From Pseudonocardiaceae bacterium YIM PH 21723 (GTDB taxonomy: Bacteria > Actinomycetota > Actinomycetes > Mycobacteriales > Pseudonocardiaceae), in contig QZFT01000034.1 in assembly GCA_003600225.1 (NCBI GenBank), positions 191,577 through 215,576 on the forward strand: 24,000 bases of DNA, given 5' to 3'. Below are positions 1 through 7,785 of this stretch, piece by piece. The first letter of the stretch is position 1, and every line of letters begins with the position of its first letter. The notes beneath the pieces were generated by a model. That model saw nothing but the letters and a program-made list of their open reading frames with translations. It searched no databases and was not told the origin of the DNA. Made by a program: the position numbers and the translations under genes.

Positions 1-105
1 AGTTCATCGCGGTTTCCTTTCCACACAACACCGGGAAAGGCATGCCGCTTCTTGACATGCGTTACGCGCGTCATTCTTGCACAGCGGCTCTTGCACAACA
101 GAATA

Positions 106-137
106 GGGCCGTGTTCCGGCGTCCCGGAACACGGCCC
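106..137 (-). terminator. Stem-loop downstream of the 25-codon ORF (candidate intrinsic terminator)
   Basis: Perfect 14-bp inverted repeat gggccgtgttccgg / ccggaacacggccc (106-119 / 124-137) with 4-nt loop cgtc. It begins 25 nt 3' of the minus-strand TAA (163-165). On that strand it is followed by tattctgttgt (T-rich). Confidence 0.5.
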
Positions 138-162
138 TGATTATTCAGTTAATGATGCATCG

Positions 163-240
163 TTACTTGGGGATGAACGGGTAGACCAGAACGCCGATGA
201 TGGTGGTAACCAGCACGGAGATGGCGGAAGCCAGGTCCAT
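163..240 (-). CDS. Small hydrophobic peptide, 25 aa, single predicted TM helix (function unknown)
   Basis: Not in the ORF track (below the length cutoff). Minus-strand ATG at 240-238 and TAA at 165-163. Translation: MDLASAISVLVTTIIGVLVYPFIPK. AAGGAG Shine-Dalgarno (reverse complement of 246-251) lies 5 nt upstream of the ATG. The strong hairpin at 106-137 follows. Confidence 0.45.
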   Translation of the reverse strand: MDLASAISVLVTTIIGVLVYPFIPK

Positions 241-497
241 GAGAACTCCTTAGGTCGACGGTAACTGCGGGAAGAAGTCACCGTGGGAACTCGAACTGGA
301 CATAGATTGCGCCATTCGCCGGGCAACGGCGATAACCAAATTGGGTGAATGCGTAACTATGCGTGATGCAGGTCTCGAATCTAAGTCGCCTTTTCAGCAT
401 CACGCAGGCCAGCTACGCATACCGCCGGTATGCGCCGGGTGATCCAGGCCACCGGGGCGGTGTTGTAATCGTTCTGTGATTGGCGACTCAACGGCGG

Positions 498-600
498 GAA
501 TCTGTTGGGGATCGAGCCGTGGGGGCTGGGTTTGGCGGTTGGCGAAAGATGGCTTTGGAGGAGGGATGGGTGGTGGGGGCGTCTTTCCTGCCGGCTTGTT
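498..600. repeat. Left arm of a large imperfect inverted repeat
   Basis: The 24-bp core ggcgaaagatggctttggaggagg (541-564) is the exact reverse complement of 1010-1033. Further matching blocks: gtctttcctgcc (581-592) vs ggcaggaaagac (978-989), and aatctg (499-504) vs cagatt (1077-1082). Similarity outside the core is only partial, judged by eye. Confidence 0.7.
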
Positions 601-633
601 GGGTGGGGGCACGCCGGGCCGGCGGTCTGGGCC

Positions 634-709
634 GCTGCGCGGGGCGGCCACGTGGGGCGGCTGCGCGGGGCGGGGCGGCTCTGCGTGGGGCGGCTGCCGA
701 CTCGGGGCG
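634..709 (+). repeat. Degenerate G-tract tandem repeat (about 3 units of 16-33 nt)
   Basis: Units: gctgcgcggggcggccacgtggggcgg / ctgcgcggggcggggcggctctgcgtggggcgg / ctgccgactcggggcg. GGGG runs on the + strand at 641-644, 654-657, 667-670, 672-675, 687-690 and 704-707. Confidence 0.7.
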
Positions 710-770
710 TTACTGATGGGGCCGGGGTGACTGGTGGTGTTCTTGTGGGTGAATGGGGTGGAGTTGTACG

Positions 771-811
771 TGGTTAAAGACGTTTTTGGGGCTGGATATC
801 GTCTTTAACCA
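771..811. repeat. AT-rich stem-loop at the centre of the large palindrome
   Basis: tggttaaagacg (771-782) pairs perfectly with cgtctttaacca (800-811), leaving the 17-nt loop tttttggggctggatat. This is locally the most AT-rich stretch in the window. Confidence 0.6.
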
Positions 812-977
812 GGAACAACGCCACTGTCCATAGTGGACCAGTCTTCAATTTGACCGACCCGCTCAGACTGCAACCCCATGATCGCCACTGCCGGTAATCC
901 GATGCACTATCGGCCGACGCAGGCCAGCCTCGACCGGCTCCCCCGACCACCCCAAGTCACCCACCACCGGACAGCCA

Positions 978-1083
978 GGCAGGAAAGACAGGCGTGCCCC
1001 CACCCACCTCCTCCTCCAAAGCCATCTTTCGCCGACCACCAGACGCGCCGGACAGCCGGCCACCCAAGACCTCACCCAGATTT
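978..1083. repeat. Right arm of the large imperfect inverted repeat
   Basis: Reverse-complement partner of 498-600. The exact 24-bp core is at 1010-1033. Confidence 0.7.
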
Positions 1084-1136
1084 CACACAGCGTAGTCGAT
1101 CAGTGTCGAAACGTGATCGTTGCGTGCGCTGAAAGT

Positions 1137-1151
1137 TTGCAGAGACTGCAA
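1137..1151. promoter_or_regulatory. Candidate TetR operator upstream of the TetR-MFS operon
   Basis: Inverted repeat TTGCAG-aga-CTGCAA lies 12 nt upstream of the GTG start at 1163. AACTAT (1150-1155) could be a -10 box for a leaderless transcript. No usable Shine-Dalgarno spacing exists before the GTG. Confidence 0.3.
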
Positions 1152-1162
1152 CTATCGGTGGA

Positions 1163-1723
1163 GTGGACGGACTGCGCGAACGCAAAAAGGAAGCCTGCCG
1201 GGTGGCGCTGCGGGAAGCGGGCCTGCGGCTCGCCTCCGAGCGGGGCATCGACCAGGTGACCGTGGACGCGATCTGCGCGGAGGTGGGGGTCTCACCACGC
1301 ACCTTCTTCAACTACTTCTCCGCCAAGGAGGAGTGCCTGCTGCACGTGGACGTCGGCGCCGCCGAATGGATCCGAGAGGCCGTCGCACGCCGCCCGATCA
1401 CCGAGACGCCGATGGACGTCGTGCTGGGGATCGTGCGGCAGATGGCGGAACGCATGCAGGCCCGGGAACAACAGCTGCGGCTGCGTGCCCAGCTGATCAC
1501 CCGGTACCCGCACCTGCGGGCCAAGCACAGCGCGGGCTACGAGCGGGTGGAACGCACCCTCGCCGACTCGCTGGACCAACGCGGCACGCCCGCGCCGGTC
1601 CTCGCGGCCGTCGGCATCGCCGTCCTGCGGGCCTGCTACCAGCCATGGTCCACATCGGACACCCGAGCACTGCCGGATCTGGTCGACGACGCATTCAGCG
1701 AAATCAAGGGGGAATTGCAGTGA
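1163..1723 (+). CDS. TetR/AcrR family transcriptional regulator
   Basis: N-terminal helix-turn-helix signature: RKKEACRVALREAGLRLASERGIDQVTVDAICAEVGVSPRTFFNYFSAKEE. GTG 1163 is the only in-frame start after the stop at 1130-1132. The stop overlaps the next gene's start (GTGA at 1720-1723). Confidence 0.85.
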   Translation: MDGLRERKKEACRVALREAGLRLASERGIDQVTVDAICAEVGVSPRTFFNYFSAKEECLLHVDVGAAEWIREAVARRPITETPMDVVLGIVRQMAERMQAREQQLRLRAQLITRYPHLRAKHSAGYERVERTLADSLDQRGTPAPVLAAVGIAVLRACYQPWSTSDTRALPDLVDDAFSEIKGELQ

Positions 1724-3699
1724 CCAGCACCCTGACCGAGGAGAAGCAGTACCTCAGTCACCGCCAAGTACTGATCGTCTTCTCCGGGCTCATGCTCGCC
1801 ATGCTGCTGGCCGCGCTGGATCAGACCATCGTGTCCTCCGCGCTGCCCACCATCGTCGGGGACCTCGGCGGGCTCACCCACCTGTCCTGGGTGGTCACCG
1901 CCTATCTCCTGGCCACCACCGTGACCACCCCGGTCTACGGCAAGATCAGCGACATCTTCGGCCGCAAACCGGTCTTCATCGTCGCCATCGGCGTGTTCCT
2001 GATCGGCTCCGCGCTGTGTGGCGCGGCGCAGTCGATGACCCAGCTGATCCTGTTCCGCGGCCTCCAGGGCGCGGGCGCCGGTGGCCTGATGGTCCTCGCG
2101 CAGGCCACCATCGCGGACATCGTCAGCCCCCGGGAACGCGGCCGCTACATGGGCCTGATCGGCGCCGTCTTCGGGCTGTCCTCGGTGATCGGGCCGCTGC
2201 TCGGCGGCTTCATCACCGACCACTACAGCTGGCGCTGGGTGTTCTACATCAACGTGCCGGTGGGTGCGGCCGCGCTGGTGGTCATCTCGCTGGTGCTCCG
2301 GCTACCCAAGCCGGACCGGCACCCGCACATCGACTACCTGGGCGCGGCGCTGGTCACCGGCGCGGTCGGCTCGCTGGTGCTGCTGCTGTCCTGGGGTGGG
2401 GTGGAGTACGCCTGGGACTCGCCGACGATCATCGGGCTCGGCGTCGGTTCGCTGGCGTTGTTCCTCGCGTTGATCTGGGCGGAAGGCCGGGCGGTGGAAC
2501 CGATCCTGCCGCCGCACCTGTTCCGGATGCGGACCTTCAACCTGTCCGCGGCGATCAGCTTCATGGTCGGCTTCGCGATGTTCGGCGCGCTGATCTTCCT
2601 GCCGAGCTTCCTGCAGCTGGTCACCGGGGCGTCGGCGACCAACTCCGGCCTGCTGATGCTGCCGCTGATGGGCGGCCTGCTGGCGGCGTCGATCACCTCC
2701 GGACAGGTGGTGTCGCGCACCGGCCGGTACAAGTGGTCACCGATCCTCGGCTCGGTGCTGGGCGCCATCGGTATGTACCTGCTGTCCACCATGGACGCGA
2801 GTACCAGCCGCACCGTGGCGAGCCTGTACATGGTGGTGCTCGGCGCGGGTATCGGCCTGACGTTGCAGGTGGTGGTGCTGGCGGTGCAGAACTCGGTGCC
2901 GGTGACCGACATCGGCACGGCCACCTCGACGATCTCGTTCGCCAGGTCCATCGGCGGCTCGCTGGGCGTGGCGATCATGGGGGCGATCTTCAGCAACCGG
3001 CTGACCACCGAACTGGCGACCCATCTGCCCGCGTCGGCCGCGAGCCAGCTGGGTGGGTCCAGCCAGCTGCCGCCGTCGGTGGTGAACGCGCTGCCGAAGG
3101 CGATCCACGACGGGTTCGTCACCGCGTACGCCAGCGCGTTGACGCCGACCTTCTTCTACGCCGTCCCGCTGATGGTGCTGGCCCTGGTGCTGGCGCTGTT
3201 CTACCGGGAGACCCCGTTGCGCGGTAAGGCCAGCGCCGTCGAGGCCACCGTGCCGGAGGCGGCCGTCATCGCGGCGGAACCGGCACCCAGGCAGCTGTGG
3301 AGCCCGCGGAAACGGGGCTGGCTCGAAGGATTCGGGGTGGCCGTCGCGGCGGCGGCGATCGCGCTGCTGATCGTCACCAATGTCGAGGAGAAGGACCGGC
3401 CGGAGCCAGTGCACTCCCCCATCGCCGCGTCCAGCGCGCCGTCCACCACGACCACCACCCCGTCGTCCGAGTCACCGTCCGCCACGCAGGCCCCGGTCCC
3501 GGCCCCGCAGGCACCGGCTCCCGCACCGGGCAAGCCGGCCTCACCGCCCACGGTGATCATCATCCAGCCGCCGGCGCAGAACCCGCCGGACCATCACCGG
3601 CCGCCCCGGCCGACCCGCACTCGACCCACCCGGCCGACCACCGAACCGCCGACCACCACGACGGCCCCCAGCAGCCAGCCGGTCACCCCTACCTCGTGA
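1720..3699 (+). CDS. MFS drug:H+ antiporter, DHA2 (EmrB/QacA-like, 14 TMS) with a long C-terminal extension
   Basis: GTG 1720 overlaps the TetR stop, with AAGGGGGA 7 nt upstream. The N-terminal motif LDQTIVSSALPTIVGDLGG and the many hydrophobic segments are typical of DHA2 transporters. The ORF-track start at 1120 is an Arg/Gly/Pro-rich shadow extension that overlaps the TetR gene. Confidence 0.9.
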   Translation: MTSTLTEEKQYLSHRQVLIVFSGLMLAMLLAALDQTIVSSALPTIVGDLGGLTHLSWVVTAYLLATTVTTPVYGKISDIFGRKPVFIVAIGVFLIGSALCGAAQSMTQLILFRGLQGAGAGGLMVLAQATIADIVSPRERGRYMGLIGAVFGLSSVIGPLLGGFITDHYSWRWVFYINVPVGAAALVVISLVLRLPKPDRHPHIDYLGAALVTGAVGSLVLLLSWGGVEYAWDSPTIIGLGVGSLALFLALIWAEGRAVEPILPPHLFRMRTFNLSAAISFMVGFAMFGALIFLPSFLQLVTGASATNSGLLMLPLMGGLLAASITSGQVVSRTGRYKWSPILGSVLGAIGMYLLSTMDASTSRTVASLYMVVLGAGIGLTLQVVVLAVQNSVPVTDIGTATSTISFARSIGGSLGVAIMGAIFSNRLTTELATHLPASAASQLGGSSQLPPSVVNALPKAIHDGFVTAYASALTPTFFYAVPLMVLALVLALFYRETPLRGKASAVEATVPEAAVIAAEPAPRQLWSPRKRGWLEGFGVAVAAAAIALLIVTNVEEKDRPEPVHSPIAASSAPSTTTTTPSSESPSATQAPVPAPQAPAPAPGKPASPPTVIIIQPPAQNPPDHHRPPRPTRTRPTRPTTEPPTTTTAPSSQPVTPTS

Positions 3700-3702
3700 G
3701 GT

Positions 3703-3757
3703 CCCGGAGTTGACGATGTTCGGACTCGTTCCTCGCGCGAACATCGTCAACTCCGGG
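3703..3757. repeat. Palindromic intergenic repeat, copy 1 (probable bidirectional terminator)
   Basis: Perfect 20-bp stem cccggagttgacgatgttcg (3703-3722) / cgaacatcgtcaactccggg (3738-3757), with 15-nt loop gactcgttcctcgcg. It fills the gap between the MFS stop (TGA 3697-3699) and the stop of the convergent gene (tca 3758-3760). Confidence 0.9.
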
Positions 3758-4129
3758 TCAGGAGTGGAACAGGCCGGTGACGCCGGTCATGGTGCCGCCT
3801 ACCAGGTCGGCGCTGCGCTGGAGGAGTTCTGCCGGGAAGCCGAGCAGGTCCGGGACGGGGGCCGGGGTGTACTCCGGCTGCGGGGAGAACCGCGGCTCCG
3901 GCAGCCGGGGTGCGGGGAGCGGGCTCCCAGTAATGGCCGTGGTGGTGGTCGTCGGGGCCACGGTGCTCGTGGCGGCCTCCGGAACCGGCTCGGTCACCGT
4001 GGTCACCGTGCCCAGCTGCGGCGTGTGGTAGCCGAGGCCGTCGAATACGGCACCCGAGGCCACGGCCGTCGACATGCCCAGCGCGGAGATCGCCCCGGCC
4101 AGCCCCAGCACCGCTGTGTTGCGCTTCAT
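3758..4129 (-). CDS. Small secreted Pro/Thr-rich protein (hypothetical, 123 aa)
   Basis: The ATG at 4129 gives MKRNTAVLGLAGAISALGMSTAVASG, a signal-peptide-like N-terminus with AVA-SG. A Thr/Pro-rich region follows. The upstream 415 codons of the 538-aa track ORF are antisense to the peptidase gene and were rejected. Confidence 0.6.
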   Translation of the reverse strand: MKRNTAVLGLAGAISALGMSTAVASGAVFDGLGYHTPQLGTVTTVTEPVPEAATSTVAPTTTTTAITGSPLPAPRLPEPRFSPQPEYTPAPVPDLLGFPAELLQRSADLVGGTMTGVTGLFHS

Positions 4130-4273
4130 CGCATCCCGTTCTTCGGTCGACCCTCGTTCAGCCATACCTACGAGGCAGTCCGGACCAAGATTCGCCCCGC
4201 CTTCCGTCCAACGGCTGGAATGTGGCGGCGGTGACACAGCAGGTACCGCACCCCACCAGGCAAACTGGAGGGT

Positions 4274-6271
4274 ATGGCCGATGATCCGTACCTGTGGCTG
4301 GAAGAGGTGACCGGCGATGACGCACTGCGCTGGGTCACCGAGCGCAACGCCGCCTCGCTGTCCGACCTGACCTCGACACCGCGCTTCACCGCGCTGCGCG
4401 ACGAGATCCGGGAAGCCCTCGACGCGGACACCCGCATCCCGTACGTGCGCAGGCGCGGCGAGTACCTCTACAACTTCTGGCGCGACGCCCAGCGGCCCCG
4501 GGGCGTGTGGCGGCGGACCACCCTGGACAGCTACCGCACCGACTCCCCCGAGTGGGACGAGATCCTGGACATCGACGCGCTCGCCGAGGCCGAGGGCGAG
4601 AACTGGGTGTGGCAGGGCGCCACCACCCTGTACCCGGGCTACGAGCTGGCCCTGGTGGAACTGTCCCGGGGCGGCGCGGACGCCGCCGTGGTGCGCGAGT
4701 TCGACCTGCGTACCCGGCAGTTCGTCGCCGACGGCTTCACGCTGCCCGAGGCGAAGTCCCGGGTCGACTGGATCGACGCGGACACCGTCTACGTCGGCAC
4801 CGACTTCGGCGACGGCGCACTCACCACGTCCGGCTACCCGCGCATCGCCAAGCGCTGGCGGCGCGGCACCCCGCTGTCCGAGGCCGAGACGGTGTTCGAG
4901 GGCGCCGTGGAGGACGTGTCGATCACCGCGTACTACGACCCGACGCCCGGGTTCGAGCGGCACTTCGTGCACCGCGCCATCGAGTTCTACCGCTCGGAGC
5001 GCTACCTGCTGGACGCGGCGGGCGAGCTGCGGCTGATCGAGATCCCGGAGGACGCTAAGGCCTCGATCGACTGGCAGTGGCTCCTGGTGCAGCCCCGAAC
5101 GGCCTGGGGCGAGTACCCCGCCGGCAGCCTCATCGTCATCGAACTGGACGCGTTCCTGGCCGGGTCCCGCGAGTTCACCGTGCTGTTCACCCCGGACGCC
5201 CACACCTCGCTGACCGGCTATTCCTGGACCCGCAGCCACCTGGTGATCACCGTGCTCACCGACGTGCGCACCAGCCTGCACGTGCTCACCCCCGGCGAAG
5301 GCTGGGCCAGGACCTCGCTGCCCGCCGGCGAGCCCCTCGACGTACCCGGCATCGTCGGCACCGACCCGCTGCACAGCGAGGAGTACCTCCTGGACAGCGA
5401 CGGCTTCACCCGGCCGTCAACGTTGTCGCGGGGCGAGATCGGCGGCGACCTGGAGCCGCTGAAGCAGGCCCCGGAGATGTTCGACGCCTCCGGCCTGGAG
5501 GTCGAGCAGTACTTCGCCACCTCCGCCGACGGAACCCGGGTGCCCTACTTCGTGGTCCGGCCACGCGGGGCGCGGAACAACCCCACGCTGCTGACCGGCT
5601 ACGGCGGGTTCCAGCACTCGCAGCGGCCCTACTACAGCTCGATCATCGGCCGCGGCTGGCTGGCCCGGGGCGGCAGCTATGTGCTGGCGAACATCCGCGG
5701 CGGCGGCGAGTACGGCCCGGAATGGCACACCCAGGCGCTCAAGGAGAACCGGCTGCGCGCCTACGAGGACTTCGCCGCCGTGGCCAAGGACCTGGTCGAG
5801 CGGGGCATCACCACACCGGAGCGGCTCGGCGTGCGCGGCGGCAGCAATGGTGGCCTGCTCACCGGCGTCATGCTGACCCGGTACCCGGAACTGTTCGGCG
5901 CGGTCGTCAGCGAGGTGCCCCTGCTGGACATGCGGCGCTACCACCTGCTGCTGGCCGGCGCGTCCTGGATGGCCGAGTACGGCGACCCCGACCAGCCCGA
6001 TCAGTGGGCCTACCTGCGGGAATACTCGCCGTACCACAACATCGACCCGCTGCGGTCCTATCCGCCGGTCTTCATCACCACGTCCACCAGGGACGACCGG
6101 GTGCACCCCGGGCACGCCCGCAAGATGGTGGCCCGGCTGCTGGAGAACGGCCACGACGTGCGGTACTTCGAGAACATCGAGGGCGGTCACGGCGGCGCCA
6201 GCAACAACGAGCAGCACGCGCACCACTGGGCGCTGACCTTCGAGTTCCTCTGGCGTCACCTGGCCGACTGA
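4274..6271 (+). CDS. Prolyl oligopeptidase family (S9) serine peptidase
   Basis: 665 aa. The N-terminal DPYLWLEEV motif is typical of prolyl endopeptidases. The C-terminal alpha/beta-hydrolase domain carries the nucleophile elbow GGSNGGLL, then a conserved Asp region ([10 protein letters not shown]) and GGHGG. Confidence 0.9.
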   Translation: MADDPYLWLEEVTGDDALRWVTERNAASLSDLTSTPRFTALRDEIREALDADTRIPYVRRRGEYLYNFWRDAQRPRGVWRRTTLDSYRTDSPEWDEILDIDALAEAEGENWVWQGATTLYPGYELALVELSRGGADAAVVREFDLRTRQFVADGFTLPEAKSRVDWIDADTVYVGTDFGDGALTTSGYPRIAKRWRRGTPLSEAETVFEGAVEDVSITAYYDPTPGFERHFVHRAIEFYRSERYLLDAAGELRLIEIPEDAKASIDWQWLLVQPRTAWGEYPAGSLIVIELDAFLAGSREFTVLFTPDAHTSLTGYSWTRSHLVITVLTDVRTSLHVLTPGEGWARTSLPAGEPLDVPGIVGTDPLHSEEYLLDSDGFTRPSTLSRGEIGGDLEPLKQAPEMFDASGLEVEQYFATSADGTRVPYFVVRPRGARNNPTLLTGYGGFQHSQRPYYSSIIGRGWLARGGSYVLANIRGGGEYGPEWHTQALKENRLRAYEDFAAVAKDLVERGITTPERLGVRGGSNGGLLTGVMLTRYPELFGAVVSEVPLLDMRRYHLLLAGASWMAEYGDPDQPDQWAYLREYSPYHNIDPLRSYPPVFITTSTRDDRVHPGHARKMVARLLENGHDVRYFENIEGGHGGASNNEQHAHHWALTFEFLWRHLAD

Positions 6272-7143
6272 TGCGCATCCTGTCCCTGTTGCCGGCCGCG
6301 ACCGACATCGTGGCGGAGCTGGGCCTACTACCGGACCTGGTCGGTCGCACCCACGAATGCGACTGGCCGGCCGAGGTCGCCGGGATCCCCGTGGTCACCA
6401 CCACGGGGATCGACCAGGACCGGACGAGCAGCCGGGAGATCTCCGCCGCCGTGCACCACGGCTCGGGGCTGTACGAGATGGACACCGCGCTGCTGGCCCG
6501 GCTGCGGCCGGACGTCATCCTCACCCAGGACCTGTGCTCGGTGTGCGCGATCTCGTACAGCCGGGTCACCGAGACGGTCCGGAGACTGGAGGCCTCGGCG
6601 ACCGTGCTCAGCCTGGAACCGCGCACCTTCGACGAGGTCCTGTCCTGCATGGACACCGTCGCGGACCTGCTCGGTACCTCGGCCGCCGCTCCGCTGGCCG
6701 CGTTACGGCGGCGGGTGGCGGCGGTGCGGGCGCAGGTGGCGGGCCTGCCCCGGCCACGGGTGGCGGCGATCGAATGGCTGGACCCGCTGTGGCCCGCCGG
6801 TCACTGGGTGCCGGAGCAGATCACGTACGCGGGCGGCACGCCGCTGCTGGCGCGGCCCGGCGAGCACACGTCACCGATGACCTGGGACCGGGTACTGGAG
6901 GCCCGGCCGGACGTGGTGCTGCTGCTGCCGTGCGGCTTCCCACCGGAGCGCACCCTGGCCGAGCTGCACCTGCTCACCGGGCTACCGGGCTGGGCGGAGC
7001 TCCCCCAGGTGTGGGTGCTCGATGGCCCGGCGTACTACAACCGCCCCGGTCCGCGGATCGTCCGCGGCACCGAGGTACTGGCCCGGGTGCTGCATGACGT
7101 CGGGCCGCCGATTGACGCGTCGGAGGCCCGGCGGATCCAGTGA
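6271..7143 (+). CDS. BtuF/cobalamin-binding-like periplasmic-binding-fold protein without a signal peptide
   Basis: The ATG at 6271 shares one nt with the peptidase stop (TGATG). The start [19 protein letters not shown]...[10 protein letters not shown] and later [11 protein letters not shown] resemble class III binding proteins. No N-terminal signal or lipobox is visible. The track start at 5077 is a shadow extension. Confidence 0.75.
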   Translation: MRILSLLPAATDIVAELGLLPDLVGRTHECDWPAEVAGIPVVTTTGIDQDRTSSREISAAVHHGSGLYEMDTALLARLRPDVILTQDLCSVCAISYSRVTETVRRLEASATVLSLEPRTFDEVLSCMDTVADLLGTSAAAPLAALRRRVAAVRAQVAGLPRPRVAAIEWLDPLWPAGHWVPEQITYAGGTPLLARPGEHTSPMTWDRVLEARPDVVLLLPCGFPPERTLAELHLLTGLPGWAELPQVWVLDGPAYYNRPGPRIVRGTEVLARVLHDVGPPIDASEARRIQ

Positions 7144-7158
7144 ACCGGCGACAGCGGT

Positions 7159-7213
7159 CCCGGAGTTGACGATGTTCGGGCTCGTTCCTCACGCGAACAT
7201 CGTCAACTTCGGA
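7159..7213. repeat. Palindromic intergenic repeat, copy 2
   Basis: The left arm cccggagttgacgatgttcg (7159-7178) is identical to copy 1. The right arm cgaacatcgtcaacttcgga (7194-7213) has 2 mismatches. The loop ggctcgttcctcacg matches copy 1 at 13/15 positions. It begins 15 nt after the TGA at 7141-7143. Confidence 0.9.
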
Positions 7214-7745
7214 GCAGGTGGGCGGCGGCCGCGGCGGCGCGGTCGGCGGTGGCGGGGTCGCCGGTGATGCCGGCGGTGACGATGGCGCCCTCGGCGAGGA
7301 GGTAGATCGCCTCGGCGTGGCCGGGGGCCCACTGCTGGATCTGGGCGCGGAAGGCGTCCTTGTGCGCGCGGACCTCGGCGAGCACAGCGGGCGAGCCGGG
7401 GGCGAATTCACCGTGGATGTTGATCCACGCGCAGCCCCGGAAACCGGGTTCGGCGAACCAGTTCCGGAGCCACTCGAACAACCCCGGAACCGGCTCCGGC
7501 GCTCCCGCGACAAACGCGGCCAGGCTGCCCCGCCAACGCCGGTCGCGGCGTTGCAGCATCGCCACGACGAGGTCCTCCTTGGTGCGGAACATGGCGTAGA
7601 TCCGCTTGAGCGCCAGCCCGGATTCCGCGCGGATCTGGTCCATGCCGACGGCCTGCACGCCGTGCGTGTAGACCAGTGACTCGACCGCGTCCAGCAGGGC
7701 CTCCCGGTCGGCGGCCTGCTGGCCGGCGCTGATCGCGGCGGGCAT
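7203..7745 (-). CDS. TetR/AcrR family transcriptional regulator
   Basis: 180 aa with N-terminal HTH ([43 protein letters not shown]). It is divergent from the DUF1348 gene, with palindromic operators in between. The last codons (HLLRS-stop, 7203-7220) lie inside repeat copy 2. Confidence 0.85.
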   Translation of the reverse strand: MPAAISAGQQAADREALLDAVESLVYTHGVQAVGMDQIRAESGLALKRIYAMFRTKEDLVVAMLQRRDRRWRGSLAAFVAGAPEPVPGLFEWLRNWFAEPGFRGCAWINIHGEFAPGSPAVLAEVRAHKDAFRAQIQQWAPGHAEAIYLLAEGAIVTAGITGDPATADRAAAAAAHLLRS

Positions 7746-7755
7746 CGGCGACTCC

Positions 7756-7785
7756 TTGACATCGAGAACGGTCGTTCCCTACCTT
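7756..7785 (+). promoter_or_regulatory. Candidate promoter for the DUF1348 gene
   Basis: TTGACA (7756-7761), an 18-nt spacer, then TACCTT (7780-7785, fits TANNNT). The spacer contains operator site 1. Confidence 0.4.

Noticed and set aside
1-25. Possible minus-strand gene start (ATG at 7-5, with GGAAAGGA upstream) running off the left edge.
   Set aside because: Only two codons are visible, so it cannot be supported as a feature.
163-240. Calling the 25-aa peptide KdpF.
   Set aside because: Size and hydrophobicity fit, but it lacks the C-terminal PE[KR]F-type ending I recall for actinobacterial KdpF. It is also followed by a strong hairpin and about 150 nt of spacer rather than an adjacent kdpA. 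The product call is left as unknown.
369-386. The tRNA-like T-arm string caggtctcgaatctaag.
   Set aside because: No acceptor stem, D-arm or anticodon arm can be built around it. It sits in the loop of the 360-406 hairpin.
400-1132. Two Pro-rich ORFs (400-651 minus, 878-1132 plus) sharing PPPKPSFA(N/D), as possible divergent paralogous genes.
   Set aside because: The similarity follows from the nucleotide inverted repeat and is equally visible in other frames (VGERWLWRR). There are no ribosome-binding sites and no recognisable protein features.
1120-1719. The 5' 200 codons of the 859-aa track ORF (Arg/Gly/Pro-rich), as an N-terminal extension of the MFS transporter.
   Set aside because: It overlaps the well-supported TetR CDS in another frame and has low-complexity shadow composition. 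The MFS signature begins right after GTG 1720, which has its own Shine-Dalgarno and a GTGA coupling.
3541-4234. ORFs starting or ending with MTMFGLVPRANIVNSG / MTMFARGTSPNIVNSG (also 7022-7267 and 16350-16550). They could look like a conserved small protein family.
   Set aside because: The shared peptide is just the translation of the palindromic repeat arms. The conservation is at the nucleotide level, on both strands and in an intergenic position.
4130-5374. The upstream 415 codons of the 538-aa minus-strand ORF.
   Set aside because: It is antisense to the prolyl oligopeptidase gene, Gly/Arg/Val/Ala-rich with no motifs, and typical of a high-GC shadow frame. Only the signal-peptide-bearing 123-aa C-terminal part is credible.
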